NCBI GenBank assembly: GCA_964355565.1
Contig: CAYHDJ010000002.1
Coordinates: 2,316 to 66,315, forward strand
From: an uncultured Enterobacteriaceae bacterium
GTDB taxonomy: Bacteria > Pseudomonadota > Gammaproteobacteria > UBA6186 > Azoamicaceae
Length of the DNA stretch: 64,000 nucleotides
Direction of reading: 5' to 3'
The notes under the pieces are model-generated. The model saw nothing but the letters and a program-made list of their open reading frames with translations. It did no database searches and had not been told where the DNA came from. Shown here in pieces: positions 63,630 through 64,000 of the stretch. A program made the position numbers and the translations under genes. Every line of letters begins with the position of its first letter. The first letter of the stretch is position 1.

Positions 63630-64000
63630 CTATCTCAAAACTCTAACTATTTGATACCCAGTTCTTAAAAAATACAAATATGGTAAACTAAAGACATGGA
63701 CCAACCTAGTAAACGGAAATATAATAAAAATAATCATACCTAAAAACAAATGCGCTTTGAAAATAAAATGTTCATTAATAACATACAAATGCAAATTGGG
63801 AGAACAGGTGAAAATACCTTGTACCCAATTAGCAAGTGACATCATAGTGCTTGGATCATGAATATGATGATATGATATAAAAATGGATAGCAATCCCAAT
63901 AATAGTTGCACATAAAGAAGCAATAAAACATAAATATCAGAAAATCTACTAGTCAAATTAATACGATCATCAAATATACGTCTATATATCAACATAGATA
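63630..64000 (-). CDS. narI: Respiratory nitrate reductase gamma subunit (5' part outside window)
   Basis: RR..D.RI...S...D, QLLLGL, H, FKAHLFLG..IF..FPFTRLVHVFS.P..Y..R..YQIVR. Confidence 0.94.
   Translation of the reverse strand, partial: SMLIYRRIFDDRINLTSRFSDIYVLLLLYVQLLLGLLSIFISYHHIHDPSTMMSLANWVQGIFTCSPNLHLYVINEHFIFKAHLFLGMIIFIIFPFTRLVHVFSLPYLYFLRTGYQIVRVLR

Noticed and set aside
1..64000. Alternative genetic code (UGA=Trp) as in some tiny symbiont genomes
   Set aside because: Conserved Trp positions use TGG, and TGA ends genes at their expected C-termini (e.g. rplF, rplN, fusA, dnaX, groEL).
1..64000. CRISPR arrays, IS elements, prophage or defence systems
   Set aside because: No spaced direct repeats, transposase, integrase or cas-like ORFs were seen; nearly all sequence is accounted for by core genes.
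1..64000. Mitochondrial or plastid origin of the sequence
   Set aside because: Gene orders and genes are gammaproteobacterial (rplM-rpsI-petABC-sspA, ndk-rlmN-bamB-der, miaA-hflKC, PVWY cytochrome b), and aminoacyl-tRNA synthetases, dnaX and nar/moa genes are present.

Overview
This is a gene-dense, very AT-rich 64 kb segment of a strongly reduced gammaproteobacterial endosymbiont genome, read in standard genetic code 11. It carries the str/S10/spc/alpha ribosomal cluster, which lacks tufA and is split between rplO and secY. It also carries translation, RNA-modification, secretion and chaperone genes, five tRNAs, tmRNA, RNase P RNA and SRP RNA. The most informative part is an energy-metabolism set: an NTT/Tlc ATP/ADP translocase, cytochrome bc1 (petABC), the 3' end of a respiratory nitrate reductase operon (narI), a NarK transporter and a molybdenum-cofactor operon. 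This combination matches the described denitrifying 'respiratory endosymbionts' of ciliates ('Ca. Azoamicus'/Azoamicaceae); that assignment is my inference from gene content. Notable sequence-level features: secD is split by a -1 frame change at an A_AAA_AAG heptamer; three structural RNA genes contain the stop codons of the upstream genes; no tRNA encodes CCA; BamB and BamD lack lipoboxes; and amino-acid composition is extremely strand-biased. I saw no mobile elements or CRISPR arrays. Start codons were adjusted by hand where the ORF track over-extends.
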